A stretch of DNA of 64,000 nucleotides from Octopus sinensis (lineage: Eukaryota), in the NCBI RefSeq assembly GCF_006345805.1, contig NW_021834370.1:14456-78455 (forward strand), in the 5' to 3' direction. The position numbers were made by a program, and so were the translations under genes. Shown here in pieces: positions 54,968 to 62,686 of this stretch. Position 1 is the first letter of the stretch. Every line of letters starts with the position of its first letter. The notes beneath the pieces were generated by a model. That model was not told the origin of the DNA, did no database searches, and was given only the letters and a program-made list of their open reading frames with translations.

Positions 54968-57900
54968 ATAATTATTATTATTATTATTATTATTATTAAG
55001 CACCATCCGAACATGGCTGATGCTAGTGCTGCTTGACTGGCTCCTGTGCCGGTGGCACATAAAAAGCACTATCCCAACGTGGTCGATGCCAGCTCCCTCT
55101 AGCCCCTATGCCGGTGGCACATAAAAAGCACTATCCAAACGTGGTCGATGCCAGCTCCCTCTAGCCCCTATGCCGGTGGCACATAAAAAGCACTATCCAA
55201 ACGTGGTCGATGCCAGCTCCCTCTAGCCCCTATGCCGGTGGCACATAAAAAGCACTATCCAAACGTGGTCGATGCCAGCTCCTCTAGCCCCTATGCCGGT
55301 GGCACATAAAAAGCACTATCCAAACGTGGTCGATGCCAGCTCCCTCTAGCCCCTATGCCGGTGGCACATAAAAAGCACTATCCAAACGTGGTCGATGCCA
55401 GCTCCCTCTAGCCCCTATGCCGGTGGCACATAAAAAGCACTATCCAAACGTGGTCGATGCCAGCTCCCTCTAGCCCCTATGCCGGTGGCACATAAAAAGC
55501 ACTATCCAAACGTGGTCGATGCCAGCTCCCTCTAGCCCCTATGCCAGTGGCACATAAAAAGCACTATCCAAACGTGGTCGATGCCAGCTCCCTCTAGCCC
55601 CTATGCCGGTGGCACATAAAAAGCACTATCCAAACGTGGTCGATGCCAGCTCCCTCTAGCCCCTATGCCGGTGGCACATAAAAAGCACTATCCAAACGTG
55701 GTCGATGCCAGCTCCCTCTAGCCCCTATGCCGGTGGCACATAAAAAGCACTATCCAAACGTGGTCGATGCCAGCTCCCTCTAGCCCCTATGCCGGGGCAC
55801 ATAAAAAGCACTATCCAAACGTGGTCGATGCCAGCTCCCTCTAGCCCCTATGCCGGTGGCACATAAAAAGCACTATCCAAACGTGGTCGATGCCAGCTCC
55901 CTCTAGCCCCTATGCCGGTGGCACATAAAAAAGCACATCCAAACGTGGTCGATGCCAGCTCCCTCTAGCCCCTATGCCGGTGGCACATAAAAAGCACTAT
56001 CCAAACGTGGTCGATGCCAGCTCCCTCTAGCCCCTATGCCGGTGGCACATAAAAAGCACTATCCAAACGTGGTCGATGCCAGCTCCCTCTAGCCCCTATG
56101 CCGGTGGCACATAAAAAGCACTATCCAAACGTGGTCGATGCCAGCTCCCTCTAGCCCCTATGCCGGTGGCACATAAAAAGCACTATCCAAACGTGGTCGA
56201 TGCCAGCTCCCTCTAGCCCCTATGCCGGTGGCTCATAAAAAGCACCCACTACACTCTCGGAGTGGTTGGCATTAGGAAGGGCATCCAGCTGTAGAAACTC
56301 TGCCAGATCAAGATTGGAGCCTGGTGCAGCCATCTGGTTCGCCAGACCTCAGTCAAATCGTCCAACCCATGCTAGCATTAGGAAGGGCATCCAGCTGTAG
56401 AAACTCTGCCAGATCAAGATTGGAGCCTGGTGCAGCCATCTGGTTCGCCAGACCTCAGTCAAATCGTCCAACCCATGCTAGCATTAGGAAGGGCATCCAG
56501 CTGTAGAAACTCTGCCAGATCAAGATTGGAGCCTGGTGCAGCAATCTGGTTCGCCAGACCTCAGTCAAATCGTCCAACCCATGCTAGCATTAGGAAGGGC
56601 ATCCAGCTGTTAGAAACTCTGCCAGATCAGATTGGAGCCTGGTGCAGCCATCTGGTTCGCCAGACCTCAGTCAAATCGTCCAACCCATGCTAGCATTAGG
56701 AAGGGCATCCAGCTGTAGAAACTCTGCCAGATCAAGATTGGAGCCTGGTGCAGCCATCTGGTTCGCCAGACCTCAGTCAAATCGTCCAACCCATGCTAGC
56801 ATTAGGAAGGGCATCCAGCTGTAGAAACTCTGCCAGATCAAGATTGGAGCCTGGTGCAGCCATCTGGTTCGCCAGACCTCAGTCAAATCGTCCAACCCAT
56901 GCTAGCATTAGGAAGGCATCCAGCTGTTAGAAACTCTGCCAGATCAAGATTGGAGCCTGGTTGCAGCCATCTGGTTCGCCAGACCTCAGTCAAATCGTCC
57001 AACCCATGCTAGCATTAGGAAGGGCATCCAGCTGTTAGAAACTCTGCCAGATCAAGATTGGAGCCTGGTGCAGCCATCTGGTTCGCCAGACCTCAGTCAA
57101 ATCGTCCAACCCATGCTAGCATTAGGAAGGGCATCCAGCTGTAGAAACTCTGCCAGATCAAGATTGGAGCCTGGTGCAGCCATCTGGTTCGCCAGACCTC
57201 AGTCAAATCGTCCAACCCATGCTAGCATTAGGAAGGGCATCCAGCTGTAGAAACTCTGCCAGATCAAGATTGGAGCCTGGTGCAGACATCTGGTTCGCCA
57301 GCCCTCAGTCAAAATCGTCCAACCCATGCCAGCATTAGGAAGGGCATCCAGCTGTAGAAACTCTGCCAGATCAAGATTGGAGCCTGGTGCAGACATCTGG
57401 TTCGCCAGCCCTCAGTCAAAATCGTCCAACCCATGCCAGCATTAGGAAGGGCATCCAGCTGTAGAAACTCTGCCAGATCAAGATTGGAGCCTGGTGTGCA
57501 GCCATCTGGTTCGCCAGCCCTCAGTCAAAATCGTCCAACCCATGCCAGCATTAGGAAGGGCATCCAGCTGTAGAAACTCTGCCAGATCAAGATGGAGCCT
57601 GGTGCAGACATCTGGTTCGCCAGCCCTCAGTCAAAATCGTCCAACCCATGCCAGCATTAGGAAGGGCATCCAGCTGTAGAAACTCTGCCAGATCAAGATT
57701 GGAGCCTGGTTGCAGACATCTGGTTCGCCAGCCCTCAGTCAAAATCGTCCAACCCATGCCAGCATTAGGAAGGGCATCCAGCTGTAGAAACTCTGCCAGA
57801 TCAAGATTGGAGCCTGGTGCAGACATCTGGTTCGCCAGCCCTCAGTCAAAATCGTCCAACCATGCCAGCATTAGGAAGGGCATCAGCTGTAGAAACTCTG

Positions 57901-60900
57901 CCAGATCAAGATTGGAGCCTGGTGCAGACATCTGGTTCGCCAGCCCTCAGTCAAAATCGTCCAACCCATGCCAGCATTAGGAAGGGCATCCAGCTGTAGA
58001 AACTCTGCCAGATCAAGATTGGAGCCTGGTGCAGACATCTGGTTCGCCAGCCCTCAGTCAAAATCGTCCAACCCATGCCAGCATGGAAAACAGACGTTAA
58101 TCGATGATGATGATGATGATGATGATGATGGCAGTGAACTGGCAGAATCGTTAGCACCCCAGGCAAAAGGCTTAGCAGAGTTTTGCCCATCTTTGCGTTC
58201 TGAGTTCAAATTCTGCCAAGGTCAGCTTTACTTTCCATCTTTTACTCTTTTACTTGTTTCAGTCATTTGACTGCGGCCATGCTGGAGCACCGCCTTTTAG
58301 TCGAGCAACTCGACCCCGGGACTTATTCTTTGTAAGCCCAGTACTTATTCTATCGGGTCTCTTTTGCCGAACCGCTAAGTGACGGGGACATAAACACACC
58401 AGCATCGGTTGTCAAGCAATGCTAGGGGGACAAACACAGACACACAAACATACACACACACATACACACACATATATATATATATATATAGACATATATA
58501 CGACAGGCTTCTTTCAGTTTCCATCTACCAAATCCACTCACAAGGCATTGGTCGGCCCGGGGCTATAGCAGAAGACACTTGCCCAAGATGCCATGCAGTG
58601 GGACTGAACCCAGAACCGTGTGGTTGGTTAGCAAGCTACTTACCACACAGCCACTCCTGCGCTTTTGAGGGTTGATAAAATAAAAATAAGTACCAGTGAA
58701 ATACTGGTGTTAATGTAATCAACTCAGCCCCTCCCCCTACAAAATTGCTGTCCCTGTGGCAAAATTTGAAATTATTATTATTATTATTAAAAGGTGATGA
58801 GCCGGCAGTATTTCTTTTACCTGTCGCTACATACCGTTCTGAGTTCTGAAATGTAAAAGACTTTCTCAGTTTCCGAGCGTTAAACTAATACATCTGTTTG
58901 TTGTTTACTCACCCATCTTCGTCTTTTGTTTGTTTTGTAAATTCTCACTTTATTACAGATGTAGTTTGATAGAGACTTGGCTGTTATTTCTAGCACGTTT
59001 GATGACCACGTAAGGGTTCTTCCTTTCTTTTTTTCTTTCTTCTCTTCCTTCAATTTAATGTTATCTGTTTCAGTTGTGAAGAAGGACTGCCAGGTTGTGG
59101 ATTATGCAAGACTTGGTTTCCATTTCTAGCAATTCCAGCAACCACAGAGAGGCTCTAGCACTGTCGTTGTTTTCATACCTTCTTGATTTCTTAACGTCTG
59201 TTTCAGGTGTGAAGAAGGAGTGTAAGGCAGGGTGTGGCATCAACCCCTGCCTCAATGATGGCCACTGCACAAACCTGTGGGGCAACAAGGAAATCTTTTG
59301 TGACTGCAGCATAAGTAGTTTCACTGGAAGGTACTGCACTCTTGGTAAGTTGTGGACACTTTTTGAGTACAATTTAATGGGCATGTGGTGCAGTTTAACA
59401 AGTCCTCAGTGCATTTTAATGGGGTTGTAGATCTGTTTAATGGGGACACAGTGCACATTAGTTGGGTTGTATTGCAGTTTAGCATGACTGCACTCCACTT
59501 TAATGGGGTCATTGAGCAATTTAACAGGGAAACAGTAGAATTTAAAGGGATCGTGGTGCGGTTTAATAGGAGCTCAGTGCATTTTAATGGGGCTGTAGAT
59601 CTGTTGGGGGGGGGCAGTGCACATTAGTTGGGTTGTGTTGCAGTTTATCATGACCGCACTCCACTTTAATGGGGTCATAGAGCAATTTAACAGGGAAACA
59701 GTAGAATTTAAAGGGATCGCGGTGCAGTTTAATAGGAGCTCAGTACATTTTAATGGGGCTGTAGAGCAGCTTCAGAGAAACACAGTGCACTTTCATGGGG
59801 TCACATTTCAGTTTAGCATGACCTTGTTTCATTTTAATGGGATTGTAGAGCTGTTAGATGGGACCTCAATATCATTTAACCAGGTTGTATAACAGATTAA
59901 CAAGGCACTAAGTTCATAGTAAAGTTTAGTAGGACTTCATCATCGTCATCATCATCGTTTAGCGTCCGCTTTCCAGCTGGCATGGGTTGGACGGTTCAAC
60001 TGGGGCCTGGGAAGCTAGAAGGCTGCACCAGGCCCAGTCTGATCAGGCAATGTTTCTACGGCTGGATGCCCTTCCTAACGCCAACCACTCCATGAGTGTA
60101 GTGGGTGCGTTTTACGTGCCACCGGCACAGGTGCCAGACGAGACTGCCAAACGGCCACGATCGGATGGTGCTTTTTACGAGGCTGGCAACGGCCATGATC
60201 GGATGGTGCTTTTTACGTGCCACCAGCATGGAGGCCAGACAAGGCTGGCAACAGCCACGATCGGGTGGTGCTTTTTATGTCCCACCGGCATGGAGGCCAA
60301 TCAGGGCGGCGCTGGCAACGGCCACGTTCGGATGGTTCACTTACGTGCCACCGGCATTGGTATCACAGCTACAATTTCCATTGATGTTGATCGATTTCAA
60401 TTTTGATTCTGATTCTCACTTGCCTCAACAGGTCTTCACAAGTAGAGTTTTGTGTCCCTGGAAGGAAAGGTATGCATAAGTGGGCTGGCTACATCCCAGG
60501 TAGAGGCCACGGGTTATGGCCTCACTTGTCCTGCCAGGTCTTGTCACACACAGCATACTTCCAAAGTTCTCGGTCTCTGGTCATTTCCTCAGTGAGACCT
60601 AAACTTCGAAGGTCGTGCTTCACCACCTCGCCCCAATAAATTTTAATGGGATTGTAGATTAGTTTATTAGGAACACAATGCACTTTAATTGGGTTGTATA
60701 ACATGACCTTAGTACACCTTAATGGCATCATAGAGCAGTTTAATGGGGTCTTAGTATGGTATGTTGACACCTAAGTATGTATTCATGCGAATGTTGTGTA
60801 GTTAATTAAGACAATGCTTTCCTTTAGTGAGGTTGACGTAACAATTTAAAAAAGGTGTTAGTCTGTATAAAAGTGGGACCATAGTACAGAATATTTAATG

Positions 60901-61633
60901 GGTTAAAAGGGTTACTTAATAGGGACATAATGCTTTTCACTTCAAGGAGGCCATAATAGAGTTTAATTGAGTCAAAGTGCTGTTAATTCCAACATGATAT
61001 AATCTTACTTAGTTTATGAAGACAGCGAGCTGGCAGAAACGTTAGCGCGCTGGGCGAAATGTTTAGCGGTATTTCGTCTGCCGTTACGTTCTGAGTTCAA
61101 ATACCGCCAAAGTCGACTTTGCTTTTCATCCTTTCAGGCTCGATAAATAAAGTACCAGTTTCACACTGGGGTCGATATAATCGACTTAATCCCTTTGTCT
61201 GTCCTTGTTTGTCCCCTCTATGCTTAGCCCCTTGTGGGCAATAAAGAAATATATAAATGTCTACATAGGTGAACCCTTTTTATTTATAATCTCTTTTTCG
61301 TGCAGAACCCTGTGGTGAATTTCGTGGGGATACCATCCTACAGTACAAGTTCGACCCCATCAGATACGCGGCTGCCAAGACTGACAAGGAGAAACTGTTT
61401 GTTAGTTTTGCGACCAACGTCACCGGACCTGGCAAATACGTCCTTGTCGATGTGTATAGTACCACGTGAGTGTTGGTACTGGTGGGAGTGGTTTTTGTTG
61501 TGTGTTGTGCTGGAGGAAATCGTACCTTGTGGTGTGCTTGTGGTAGTGGTAGAAATATAGTATGGTGTAGTTAATGTGGTATTATAAGCACTGATCCATA
61601 AAGCATGTCTATAAGTGTTTGTGTGTCTATGTG

Positions 61634-61670
<37 letters not shown>

Positions 61671-62655
61671 GTATATATATATGTATATATATATGTATAT
61701 ATTATATTATATATATGTATATATATATGTATATATATATGTATATATATATATGTATATATATATGTATATATATATATATGTATTATATATATATATG
61801 TATATATATGTATATATATATATATGTATATTATATATGTATATATGTATATATATATAGATATAATATATATATATATATATATTATATAATATAAATA
61901 TATATTATATATATATATATGCTGGGCTGCTAAACTCAACACTTTATTTTTCATTCTCTCTCTATTTTTTCCTTCTTATTCCTTTCTGTCGAAGAGCATA
62001 GGCTCAAAATGTAAAAACTTTTCCATTTTACCTGAGCGTCAAATCGGTGTATGTGTGTGTGTCTGTGTTTGTCCCCCCACCATCATTGCTCAACAATTGT
62101 TATTGATATAGATATCGAATCTGCGTAGATAGATACACGTTTGTAAATGTGTTTGTGTGTGTGTGTGTGTATAGAACGTTAAAGTGTAAAAGACTTTTCC
62201 ATTCTTCCCAAGTGTTATACTAATATATCTGCTTTTGTTCCTCCACCTGTCTTTGTCTTTTGTTTTCTATAAATGTGAACAATACACACACATACCTGTG
62301 TGTGTGTGTGTGTGTGATCATCATCATCATCGTTTAATGTCTGCTTTCCATGGTAGCATGGGTTGGACGGTTCAACTGGAGTCTGGGAAGCCAGGAGGCT
62401 GCACCAGGCTCCAGTCTGATCTGGCAGTGTTTCTACAGCTGGATGCCCTTCCTAACGCCAACCACTCCGTGAGTGTAGTGGGTACTTTTTACGTGCCACC
62501 TGCACAGGTGCCAGACAAGGCTAGCAGACGGTCACAATCGGATGGTGCTTTTTACGTGCTACTGGCATGGAGGCCAGACGAGGCTGGCAACGGCCACGAT
62601 TGGATGGTGCTTTTTACATGCCACCAGCACAGAGGCCAGTCAGGGTGGCGCTGGC

Positions 62656-62686
<31 letters not shown>

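Noticed and set aside
56324-57999. Repeated 60-aa ORFs
   Set aside because: By-product of the 106-bp array
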